Of a stretch of DNA of 64,000 bases, positions 19,896-28,259 are shown piece after piece. The notes under the pieces were generated by a model. The model worked only from the letters and a program-made list of their open reading frames with translations. It ran no database searches and was not told where the DNA came from. Each line of letters opens with the position of its first letter. Position 1 is the first letter of the stretch. This DNA comes from Gemmatimonadota bacterium (GTDB lineage Bacteria; Gemmatimonadota; Gemmatimonadetes; Gemmatimonadales; GWC2-71-9): assembly GCA_009692185.1 (NCBI GenBank), contig SHZT01000005.1, positions 84,068-148,067 on the forward strand, in the 5' to 3' direction. A program made the translations under genes and the position numbers.

Positions 19896-20993
19896 TTGGC
19901 CGAGTTGCTCGAAGTCCGGTTCAAGGGCAACCGAAAAGCGTTTTTCACGTGGGACAATCCGACGCTCCCCAACCTGGGCGACCCGGTGGTCGTCGCGGTC
20001 GAACGGGGCACGGATCTCGGACACGTCTCCGCCGTCGGCGACTCCGCGAAGAAGAAATGCGGGGTCGGCTGCGGGGGCTGTGCCGTGGCACCCACCGTGC
20101 CGCAGGAACTCGCCGGGAAAGCCCTCCGCGTGGCGTCCGCCGAGGACGCGACCGCCGGCGCAGATCTCCGCAAGTCCGAGGAAGACGTCCGCCACAAGGT
20201 GACGGAGCGCGCCCGCGCCCATCAGTTGGACATGAAGGTCTCCGACGCCGAATGGCAGTGGGATCGCAAGAAACTTACGGTCTTCTTCACCGCCGAAACC
20301 CGCGTGGATTTCCGGAAGCTCGTGCGCGACCTGGCGTCGCATTTCCGCGCGCGGATCGAGCTTCGCCAGATCGGCGCGCGGGACGAGGCCAAGCGCGTGG
20401 ACGGCGTGGGCCGCTGCGGACGCCAGTACTGCTGCTCGTCCTGGCTGCCGGAACTGCGGCCGGTGAGTCTTTCGCTCGCCAAGGACCAGCGCCTGTCCAT
20501 CAACCCCCAGCAGATTTCGGGCGGCTGCGGGCGTCTCCTGTGCTGCCTCCGCTACGAGCACGACTTCTACGTCTCCAGCCGCAAGCGGTTTCCCAAGGAA
20601 GGCAAGGAACTCCGCACCACGGTGGGCGCTGAGAAGGTCCTCGCCGTGGACATCTTCCGCGATCGCGTCATGCTCCGCGCCGAGGACGGCACGACCCGAA
20701 CGGTCGCGCTCGCCGACCTGACAGCGGAGACCAGCGACTCGCCGGCCACTGCGGTTGCAGAACCTGGAGTTGAGGCACGGGTCGAGTCGCGGGCGCCTTC
20801 CCCCCCACCAAGGCCTGCGCCCGGACCTGCCGCCCCTGCCGCTCCCGCTCCGCCGCCGGTCGCGGAAGGCAGTGCCGCGGACGCGAGTCAACGCCCCAAG
20901 CGGCGCCGTCGCCGGCACGGCCGGAGACGCCAGGGTGGTGGTGGACAGTCGCCAGCGCCAACCGATGCCCCGCCCGAGGAACCAAGTGCCTGA
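19896..20993 (+). CDS. PSP1 domain protein (RicT/YaaT-like)
   Basis: TTG start. The PSP1 C-terminal domain is present, with its Cys cluster (GRCGRQYCCSSWL...GGCGRLLCCLRYEHDFY). The tail is Pro/Ala-rich. Confidence 0.85.
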   Translation: MAELLEVRFKGNRKAFFTWDNPTLPNLGDPVVVAVERGTDLGHVSAVGDSAKKKCGVGCGGCAVAPTVPQELAGKALRVASAEDATAGADLRKSEEDVRHKVTERARAHQLDMKVSDAEWQWDRKKLTVFFTAETRVDFRKLVRDLASHFRARIELRQIGARDEAKRVDGVGRCGRQYCCSSWLPELRPVSLSLAKDQRLSINPQQISGGCGRLLCCLRYEHDFYVSSRKRFPKEGKELRTTVGAEKVLAVDIFRDRVMLRAEDGTTRTVALADLTAETSDSPATAVAEPGVEARVESRAPSPPPRPAPGPAAPAAPAPPPVAEGSAADASQRPKRRRRRHGRRRQGGGGQSPAPTDAPPEEPSA

Positions 20994-22500
20994 CCGGTTC
21001 TTCCTCACTACCGCCATCGACTACTCGAATGGCGATCCTCACCTAGGCCACGCGCTGGAAAAAGTCGGTGCCGATTGCATCGCCCGCTACCGACGGCTCC
21101 GGGGCAACGACGTGCACTTTCTCATGGGGATGGACGAGCATAGCCAGTCCGTGCTCCAGGCGTCCGCCAATGCCGGGGTCACACCGCAGGCGTGGGTGGA
21201 TCGCTTGTCCACGGTGTTCACCGACTTCTGGAAGCGCCTCGGCTGCTCCAACGATGACTGGATCCGGACCACCGAGCCACGCCACGCGCGCGCCGTCACC
21301 GCGCTCCTGGAGCGCATCAAGGAGCGGCACCCGGACCACGTGTTCCTCGCGGAATACTCCGGTCTCTACTGCACCGGCTGCGAGGAGTTCAAGGCGGACG
21401 CCCAGATCAAGGACGGCCACTGCATCGAGCACCCCACGCTGGAACTGGTTCCGACCAAGGAGCCCAATCACTATTTCCGGCTGACCGCCTGGCGTGACCC
21501 AGTGCTCCAAAAGATCGAAAACGGTGAGTTCCTGGTCGAACCCGCGATTCGGCGCAACGAGGTCCTGAGCCTGCTCCGAAGCGGCCTCCAGGACATTTCC
21601 ATTTCCCGCGTTCGACTGCCGTGGGGCATTCCCTTCCCCGACGACCCCGGGCAGACGGTCTACGTCTGGTTCGACGCGCTCATCAACTACCTCGCGGCCA
21701 CGGGATTCCCGGAGGCAGGCTACGAGAAAAGGTGGCCGGCGGATCTCCACGTGGTCGGCAAGGGCATCACCCGGTTCCATTGCATCATATGGCCCGCCAT
21801 GCTGCTCGCTGCAGGCCTGGACTTGCCGCGTGCCGTATGGGCCCACGGCTACGTCCAGTGGGAAGGCTCCAAGATGAGCAAGACGGCCGGTACCGCCGTG
21901 AGCCTGGAGTCCGCCATCGCGCGGCACGGCCCGGACGCCCTGCGGTACTTCCTGCTCCGGGAGATCGGCTTCGAGAATGACGGCAACTTCACCTGGGAAC
22001 GGCTCGATGTGCGCTACACCGACGAGCTCGCGAACGGGTATGGGAACCTCGCCAGCCGGGTGTTGGCCATGATCGAGCGCTACGTGGGTGGGATAGTCCC
22101 CACAGGCGTCGCGGATACTCCGCTGGACCAGGAGGGTAACGCCCGGGTCGCGGCCTACGGCAATGCCATGGACGGGAACCTGATCCATGAGGGCGCCCAG
22201 GAGATGTGGGGCCTGGTCTCCCGAGCCAATCAGTTCGTCGAAGAAACGGCGCCCTGGAACCTGGCGAAGGCCAAGGACACCGCCGGCCTCGACCGGGCAC
22301 TTGGAGCCCTCGCCCGAGCCCTGACCCGCATCACGTTGATGATCCACCCCTTCATTCCCGGCAAGGCTGGTGAGGTTTGGGGGGGGCTTGGACTCCCGGG
22401 AACCGCCGCCGATGCCAAGTGGGGGGCACTCGAGAATCCGCCCACGGGGGGCGGGAAAGTCAGGAAACTCACCCCGTTGTTCCCAAAGCCGGTTTCCTGA
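20965..22500 (+). CDS. metG: methionine--tRNA ligase (short form, no C-terminal EMAPII/Trbp111 domain)
   Basis: It carries class I HIGH-type DPHLGHA and KMSKT motifs and a CTGCEEF zinc knuckle. The start is ATG 20965 or GTG 20986. The upstream part of the track ORF overlaps the PSP1 gene and is not homologous. Confidence 0.93.
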   Translation: MPRPRNQVPDRFFLTTAIDYSNGDPHLGHALEKVGADCIARYRRLRGNDVHFLMGMDEHSQSVLQASANAGVTPQAWVDRLSTVFTDFWKRLGCSNDDWIRTTEPRHARAVTALLERIKERHPDHVFLAEYSGLYCTGCEEFKADAQIKDGHCIEHPTLELVPTKEPNHYFRLTAWRDPVLQKIENGEFLVEPAIRRNEVLSLLRSGLQDISISRVRLPWGIPFPDDPGQTVYVWFDALINYLAATGFPEAGYEKRWPADLHVVGKGITRFHCIIWPAMLLAAGLDLPRAVWAHGYVQWEGSKMSKTAGTAVSLESAIARHGPDALRYFLLREIGFENDGNFTWERLDVRYTDELANGYGNLASRVLAMIERYVGGIVPTGVADTPLDQEGNARVAAYGNAMDGNLIHEGAQEMWGLVSRANQFVEETAPWNLAKAKDTAGLDRALGALARALTRITLMIHPFIPGKAGEVWGGLGLPGTAADAKWGALENPPTGGGKVRKLTPLFPKPVS

Positions 22501-22546
22501 CATTTAAGTCGTTACAATGCAATGGCTTATACTTCGAACTTCGGTA

Positions 22547-22576
22547 TTGACATCGTTGTGACCGAAGGTCTAATAT
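22547..22576 (+). promoter_or_regulatory. candidate sigma-70 promoter for the M23 peptidase gene (TTGACA-N18-TAATAT)
   Basis: The hexamers were read directly in the AT-rich 100-bp gap after metG. The -35 sits in the loop of an inverted repeat, CTTCGGT...ACCGAAG. Confidence 0.35.
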
Positions 22577-22601
22577 TGGGGCCTCTCCACCCCTTGGATT
22601 A

Positions 22602-23528
22602 ATGTCAGAACCGCTTTGGACCGTGTTGGTCGTTCCTCATGGCTCGGGGCAATCCCGGTCCGTGGTTGTTTCGCGTCCGGCACTTCGGATTGTGCTGGGC
22701 TCTGTCCTCGCTATCCCCCTGACCGCCATCGTTTTAGCCTTTACCACCGTTTCCAAGTCCGTTGACTTCGCCCGGCTTGAGCGGCTGGATCGCCAGAACC
22801 GGTTCCTGGCCGAACAGCTCCAGCACACCCGGCAAATGGTAGCCGAGCTGAACGACACGATGACGATCATCGTGAAGCGCAACCAACAGGTCCGCCTGCT
22901 GGCAGGGCTCGAACCCACGGACCCTGAAGTCCAGCTGGCCGGTATCGGCGGTCCGCGTCCGCGGTCCGAAACGGGTGAGCTGGCCGAGGAGCCGATGGGC
23001 CAGAGCGCCCTCGTGGCCCGCGCCGACATCTCGACGCTCCTCCGCCGCGCGAGCCTGCTGGCCCAGTCCTACGACGAGGCCATCGACAGCCTGTCCGCCC
23101 ACCGGGAAATGCTCCAGCGCATGCCGTCCATATGGCCCACGGTGGGCTTCCTGAGCAGCGCGTTCATGGCGTCCCGCATTCACCCCATCCACCAGTATGC
23201 CCGGCCGCATGAAGGCGTTGACGTGTCCGCTCCCATGGGCGCTCCCATCAGCGCACCGGCCGGCGGGTTGGTCATCGACATCGGCAATAACGAGCCCGGG
23301 TACGGCAAGATCGTGACCATCGACCACGGGTACAACATCGTCACTCGCTACGCGCACTGCTCCCGGATCAACGTTCGGGTGGGACAGCGGGTGAAGCGTG
23401 GCGAGGTCATCGCACTGGTCGGCAAAACCGGCATCTCCACCGGCCCGCACCTCCACTACGAAGTGATCGTCGGCGGCAAGCACGTAGACCCCCGGACGTA
23501 CATCCTGCCCGAGACCATCGTCGACTGA
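22602..23528 (+). CDS. M23 family (LytM-type) metallopeptidase with N-terminal membrane anchor and coiled coil
   Basis: The motifs HEGVDVSAPMGAPISAPAGG....TIDHGYNIVTRYAHCS...VGKTGISTGPHLHYEV match HxxxD and HxH M23 signatures. Confidence 0.9.
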   Translation: MSEPLWTVLVVPHGSGQSRSVVVSRPALRIVLGSVLAIPLTAIVLAFTTVSKSVDFARLERLDRQNRFLAEQLQHTRQMVAELNDTMTIIVKRNQQVRLLAGLEPTDPEVQLAGIGGPRPRSETGELAEEPMGQSALVARADISTLLRRASLLAQSYDEAIDSLSAHREMLQRMPSIWPTVGFLSSAFMASRIHPIHQYARPHEGVDVSAPMGAPISAPAGGLVIDIGNNEPGYGKIVTIDHGYNIVTRYAHCSRINVRVGQRVKRGEVIALVGKTGISTGPHLHYEVIVGGKHVDPRTYILPETIVD

Positions 23529-23596
23529 CGCTGCGGCACGCTTCTCGCAGGGCCATCTTCGTCATCGCCGCGCTGGGGTGCGCCAACCCAACTTCG

Positions 23597-24307
23597 GTGC
23601 ACATCCGGGCAGAACTGGCCAAAGAGGCCCCCATGCGAGGGCTTGAGATCACGGCCGTCCCGTTTGATCCCCGGTTCCTGTTCGATTCCCTCGCGCTCGC
23701 CGCGCCCACGCCTCGACCCGAGTTTCCGGAACTGGAACAGCGCGTCCTCAAGTACCAGCCTTCTCCGTCCGGTACGGACCCGGACAGGGCGGACCAGGGA
23801 ACGATGGAGTCGGCGGTGGCATCGGCCGCGACCCGGGACAGCGTGCTCCGGCTCTCCGCGGCCCTCCGCCGCATGGACCGAACGGCCCCCGGCTACCGCG
23901 AGTCCTACAACCGGTTCCGGGACCTCTACGCCCGGTATTCGGCGCGCGCGGCAGCCCGGGAGAACGCCCTCCGGCGGCTGCACGCTGGGGATCGCTCGCT
24001 GGCCGAACAGGCGGCGCGAGCCGCGGACTCGCTCCGGGCGTGGGAGCGCGTGGCCTACCGCGATTTCCCGCGCGTTGCCGAGGGCCACGCCACCGCGCTT
24101 GGCCGCGCCCCGCAACGCGTCACGACGGATTCCGCCGGCCGGGCAACGCTTGGCCTTCCAGCCGGTGATTGGTGGCTCGTCGCCCGCCTCGCCGACCCGG
24201 ATAACCCGTTCGTGGAGTACAGCTGGAGCATCCTGGTGAGTACGGCGGGCCTGCCGTTCGGCATCCCCGTTTCCCTCGCCAACGCGGAGACACGATGGCG
24301 GCATTGA
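23597..24307 (+). CDS. hypothetical (probably exported) protein; start uncertain, possibly CTG at 23531
   Basis: 236-aa ORF from GTG 23597 with high third-position GC. I recognise no domain. In-frame upstream sequence encodes a lipoprotein-like signal (see findings). Confidence 0.55.
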   Translation: MHIRAELAKEAPMRGLEITAVPFDPRFLFDSLALAAPTPRPEFPELEQRVLKYQPSPSGTDPDRADQGTMESAVASAATRDSVLRLSAALRRMDRTAPGYRESYNRFRDLYARYSARAAARENALRRLHAGDRSLAEQAARAADSLRAWERVAYRDFPRVAEGHATALGRAPQRVTTDSAGRATLGLPAGDWWLVARLADPDNPFVEYSWSILVSTAGLPFGIPVSLANAETRWRH

Positions 24308-24990
24308 GTTCCCGGACGAGGCTCGCGGCCGGCGTGGGCGTCACCATGCTGGCGGTCGCGGCGGTATTCATCGGCTCCAAGGGGTCCGGGACTTCGGGAC
24401 CGTCGGTGACGGCCGCCACTCCCCCGCGTCCCGCCGATACCACGTCCCTGCTTCTCGTGGAACGCACCCGGGGCGACTCGATGGCCCCGATCACGATCTG
24501 GGAGTTCTCCGACTTTCAGTGCCCGTTCTGCCGGGACTTCGCGCGGAATGTCCTGCCGGCGCTCGAACGGGAGTACATCGCGACGAAGAAGGTCCGGCTT
24601 ATCTTCGTGAACCTTCCCCTGACGCGAATTCATCCAAACGCCGTCCGGGCGCACGAGTTCGCCATGTGCGTCGCTCGCGAGAACCGGTTCTGGCCATTTC
24701 ACGACCTGCTCTACCGGCACCAGGATGACTGGGCACGGTTGCCAAACCCCTCGGCCTACTTCCGCGGGCTGGTGGATTCGGTGGGACTCCGGCCGCAAGT
24801 CATCGGGGGGTGCGCGGACAACCATGTCCTGGCGTGGGTCGTGTCGGGCGAGACGGACGCGGCGCGCAAGGCGGGCATTTCCCAGACGCCGTCGTTCGTG
24901 CTGGAAGGAATGCTGATGCCGGGAGCGTTTCCGATCGAGGACTGGAGACCGATCCTGGACTCGGTGTACAAGGCGAAGCGGCCGTTCTAG
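24295..24990 (+). CDS. DsbA-family thiol:disulfide oxidoreductase, membrane anchored
   Basis: It has an N-terminal TM segment. The thioredoxin-fold active site is FQCPFCRDF, in the context WEFSDFQCPFC...VNLPL..HPNA... Confidence 0.85.
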   Translation: MAALSSRTRLAAGVGVTMLAVAAVFIGSKGSGTSGPSVTAATPPRPADTTSLLLVERTRGDSMAPITIWEFSDFQCPFCRDFARNVLPALEREYIATKKVRLIFVNLPLTRIHPNAVRAHEFAMCVARENRFWPFHDLLYRHQDDWARLPNPSAYFRGLVDSVGLRPQVIGGCADNHVLAWVVSGETDAARKAGISQTPSFVLEGMLMPGAFPIEDWRPILDSVYKAKRPF

Positions 24991-25727
24991 GCCAGCAGGG
25001 ACAGCCCGACATCGTAGAGGGCGTGGGTCCAGGCGGTGATCCCAAAACCGCGCGCCACGTAGAGGCCAGAGAACATGAGCCCGGCAATTGCCCGGAAGGT
25101 GAACGAGGGCAAGGTGAGCGTATCGCCGTACGGGCCCACGTAGTGAAAGGCGCTGAAGATGAGTGCCGAGACCACGATCGCGATCGCGTTGGCCAGGGCG
25201 CGGCGGCGGAACACCGCAAAGGCCGCGGCAGTGAGCCCGGAGACGAGCAGCACGCGGAATAGAAGCTCCTCGTAGACCCCGGCACCCAACGACACGACCA
25301 GTTGGGTCGCAAGCGGCAGGCGCTCCAGCGGCGACGCACCTCCTTGTACCACGGCCAGCGTCGGGCGCAGCAGGAGCATCGTCAGCGTGGCAGCCACGCC
25401 GCCGAACACCGCCGCGTACGCGATGCTCTCCAGCATCATGCCGCCGAGGATCCTGCCAGAGAGCCGGCCAGGGTGCCGGCGCAGGTCCCGGACAACCAGG
25501 GCTATGGCCGCGCCGAGCGACAGGACGCCAAACGCCAGCAGCCCGTTGCGGCCACCCAGCCCGATGAACATGGTCTTGAGCAGCACGTCCGCACCGTTCC
25601 GGACGCCGGCGAGCGCGGAGTGGGACACGAGGGCTGCCAGGGCCTCGTAGAGCAGGAAAAGCGGTAGCGCGAAGGTGATCGAGTACCGGGGCGCGCGCGC
25701 GGCGCGCCAGTAGGAGCCGAAGGACAT
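24987..25727 (-). CDS. CPBP family intramembrane glutamic endopeptidase (CAAX protease/Abi family)
   Basis: Polytopic. Motifs are EELLFRVLL and FSAFHY.... Confidence 0.85.
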   Translation of the reverse strand: MSFGSYWRAARAPRYSITFALPLFLLYEALAALVSHSALAGVRNGADVLLKTMFIGLGGRNGLLAFGVLSLGAAIALVVRDLRRHPGRLSGRILGGMMLESIAYAAVFGGVAATLTMLLLRPTLAVVQGGASPLERLPLATQLVVSLGAGVYEELLFRVLLVSGLTAAAFAVFRRRALANAIAIVVSALIFSAFHYVGPYGDTLTLPSFTFRAIAGLMFSGLYVARGFGITAWTHALYDVGLSLLA

Positions 25728-26877
25728 GGGACTAATACTAGCAGGCTATCGTGTCCTCGCCCGCCTGGGCGCCGCCCTTCCCGCGGCACCACTCGAAGGG
25801 CGCCGTTCGGCGACCGGTCGCTGGATCGCGTGGGCCGCGGGCCACCCCCGGCTCTTCCGAACGATCTGGTACCATGCGGCCTCCGTGGGAGAGGCGCTTG
25901 CAATTGAACCGGTCATTCGCCGCATGACTGCTCTCAGACCCGATCTCACCGCCGTCCTCACGTTCACCTCACCATCACTGGCGCGGTGGCCCAACCCGCT
26001 CCCGGTCGCCCGGGCGGATTTCGCTCCGTCCGACACTCCGCAAGACATGGCGCATGTCTTCGAGGCCCTGGACCCGGCCCTGCTGGTTTTCTCCCGCTCT
26101 GACCTCTGGCCCGAAATGCTGATCGCGGCAAACCAGCGGGGCGTGCCGGTGGCGGTCGCCGGTGGAACCGTCCGGGCGACGAGCCGGCGCCTGCGGTGGC
26201 CCGCTCCTGCCTTGCTGGCACCCTTGTACAAGTCGGTGACGTTTGTCGGCGCTACCAGCGAGTTGGACGCCGCCAGGTGGCACACGATGGGTGTCCCGCG
26301 CTCGTGCATCTACGTGACCGGCGATCCGCGACACGACCACGTGCTCGAGCGGCTTCCGAGTACGACCGCGCTGAGACCGCTTGCCGACTGGGCGAGCGAC
26401 GGCGGCCCACTCCTCGTGGCGGGGAGCGTAGAACCGGAGGACCTGTGTCCCCTCATGGAGGCATTCGGGGTCGTGGCGCGCGCGCGGCCTGATGCACGCC
26501 TCCTCCTCGTTCCCCACGATCCGTCCGCGACGGTCGGCGGCGTGTCATGGGCGCCAGGCGAGTCAATGCCGGATCCACCGGCGAGCGTGGTCGTCGTACG
26601 AGCGCTCGGCCTGCTTGCCGATCTCTACGCGTTGGCGACCGTGGCGTATGTGGGTGGAAGCCTGGGGGCCCGCGGCCAGCACTCGACGATCGAGCCGGCA
26701 GTCTACGCGGTTCCCGTGTTGCGACCGGGGGCGGATAGCACAGCGCTGGCGGACCAGTGTCTCGCGTGGCTGAACAACACGCCGGCGGCGCGAGTCGCGG
26801 GCCTCTCGGCGCGAAGCGAGATTCAAACGGGCGCGTCCCACATGACCTGTGGGCACCTGAAGGCGCTCCTTCGGTGA
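25726..26877 (+). CDS. waaA: 3-deoxy-D-manno-octulosonic acid (Kdo) transferase
   Basis: WYHAASVGEALAIEPVI lies about 56 aa from the start, matching the position of the HSVSVGE motif in E. coli WaaA. The fold is GT30. The C-terminal region looks somewhat shortened. Confidence 0.72.
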   Translation: MGLILAGYRVLARLGAALPAAPLEGRRSATGRWIAWAAGHPRLFRTIWYHAASVGEALAIEPVIRRMTALRPDLTAVLTFTSPSLARWPNPLPVARADFAPSDTPQDMAHVFEALDPALLVFSRSDLWPEMLIAANQRGVPVAVAGGTVRATSRRLRWPAPALLAPLYKSVTFVGATSELDAARWHTMGVPRSCIYVTGDPRHDHVLERLPSTTALRPLADWASDGGPLLVAGSVEPEDLCPLMEAFGVVARARPDARLLLVPHDPSATVGGVSWAPGESMPDPPASVVVVRALGLLADLYALATVAYVGGSLGARGQHSTIEPAVYAVPVLRPGADSTALADQCLAWLNNTPAARVAGLSARSEIQTGASHMTCGHLKALLR

Positions 26878-26910
26878 ATGGCTGGCTGTCGCGCTGCCCA
26901 AAGCGTATGA

Positions 26911-27798
26911 TTGATTGCCGAGGCCGGGGTCAGGCCCCCGTCTCGAGAGGGGCGCGCCGTGGACACCAAACGTTGGGAACCACTCGGTAGCCGGCCAGAC
27001 CCACGGCGGCGGGGCGCGCGCGCATTCCGCACCGCCCTCGCACTCGCCCCGCTGTTCCTCCCCCTCACGCTCCGCGCGCAAAACTACGATTCGGTCACGG
27101 GAACGGTGACCAGCGGAAACCAGGGCCCACTCGTTCACGCGTGGGTCAACATGGTCGGCACCGGGGTGTGGGCACTGACGACGGACGATGGCTCATTTCG
27201 CCTGGATGCCGTTCCCCCGGGAATCCACACCCTCGAGGTCAGGATGCTCGGGTACCGGCCGGCATCGCTCCCCATCAACGTGGAGTTGGGGAAGGCGCAA
27301 CGAGTGGACGTGGCACTCACGGCCATGGCCGTTCCCATCGATCCGATGACGGTGACGGGAGACGGCACGCCGTTCGAGCTGCGGGGCTTTGAGGAACGCC
27401 GGGCCCGCGGGCTCGGGACCTTCTTCACCCGGGAACAGATCAAGCGCATGCAACCCCGGCTGGTCACGGACGTCCTGCGTCGCGTACCGGGTATGCAGAT
27501 CTGGTCGGAACCGGGAGCATACGGGAATAACCTCTCCGCGCGCTCGTCGCGTGCCACCGGCGTCTCGGGATCCCGACCGTGTCCGGTCCTGTTCTACGTG
27601 GACGGAACGCCTTTTCCCGTCACGGGGGACATCCCCATCAACACCTATGTTTCTCCGGCGGAAATCGCGGCGGTCGAGGTGTACGCCGGTACGTCGCAGA
27701 TTCCGGTCCAGTTCCTGTCCACCGCGCTGAACGCCCGGTGCGGCGTGATCGTCATCTGGACGGTCAGCGGGCGGCCCTCCGATCGGCGCGCACACTAA
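26911..27798 (+). CDS. CarboxypepD_reg-like + TonB-receptor-plug-like protein without a beta-barrel
   Basis: Signal peptide (..LALAPLFLPLTLRAQ). A carboxypeptidase-regulatory-like domain (VTGTVTSGNQGPLVHAWV..DDGSFRLDAVPPGIHTLEVRMLGYRP). A plug-like segment (VTDVLRRVPGMQI...LFYVDGTPF). It is only 295 aa, so there is no room for a 22-strand barrel. The start is uncertain. Confidence 0.62.
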   Translation: MIAEAGVRPPSREGRAVDTKRWEPLGSRPDPRRRGARAFRTALALAPLFLPLTLRAQNYDSVTGTVTSGNQGPLVHAWVNMVGTGVWALTTDDGSFRLDAVPPGIHTLEVRMLGYRPASLPINVELGKAQRVDVALTAMAVPIDPMTVTGDGTPFELRGFEERRARGLGTFFTREQIKRMQPRLVTDVLRRVPGMQIWSEPGAYGNNLSARSSRATGVSGSRPCPVLFYVDGTPFPVTGDIPINTYVSPAEIAAVEVYAGTSQIPVQFLSTALNARCGVIVIWTVSGRPSDRRAH

Positions 27799-28254
27799 TT
27801 GCACGCTGACACACGGAGAGTCCTGGCCCGACCCGGGTCCCCGGTGACCCCATGGCTCTTGCTCACCTCATGGGTAGCAATCGTGAGTTGTGGCGCGGCA
27901 CAGGCCAGCTCGGAGGACTAGGCTCCGACGCCGAATGGATCGGCGATCGTGGTGCGGGGCTCTGACCTGAACGGCAACCTGCTGGATGCCCTCCGGATGC
28001 GTGTTCCGGCAATGGTCGTGTCGAATACCACGGGTGGGTGCCCGCGCATCGTGTTCCGGGGCCAGCGATCAATGGGGAGCCAGGGGAGCCCGAGCGTCTA
28101 TGTGGACGGGACGCTCATGGGAGACACGTGCGGCCTCAGTCAGATCCAGGCCGCCGAGGTGGACCACGTGGAGATCTACTCGAGCGGGAACGCCTCCCAA
28201 CCCGGCGTCCAGCGTAACCCCAACGGCTTGATTCTCATCTTTCGAATCCAGTAG
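27799..28254 (+). pseudogene. plug-like lipoprotein gene interrupted by an in-frame TAG (27919-27921)
   Basis: TTG 27799 or GTG 27844 opens a frame encoding ..RRVLARPGSPVTPWLLLTSWVAIVSCGAAQASSED, then TAG. The same frame continues APTPNGSAIVVRGSDLNGNLLDALRMRVPAMVV... to 28254. The part after the TAG is paralogous to the C-terminal half of the preceding gene. Confidence 0.55.
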
Positions 28255-28259
28255 CCGTG

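Noticed and set aside
20755-20964. Longer MetRS N-terminus from ATG 20755
   Set aside because: This part overlaps the Pro/Ala-rich tail of the PSP1 gene in another frame and has no MetRS homology. The conserved N-terminus (RFFLTTAIDYSNGDPHLGHA) starts just after ATG 20965 / GTG 20986.
27919-27921. Global reassignment of TAG (e.g. pyrrolysine or a sense-codon recoding) as the explanation for the two in-frame TAGs
   Set aside because: By my count 17 well-supported genes in this window terminate at TAG exactly where homologues end, including dnaE, rho, tdh, atpA, atpG and amtB. No pyl genes and no tRNA(CUA) are present here. Local nonsense mutation or context-dependent read-through is more plausible.
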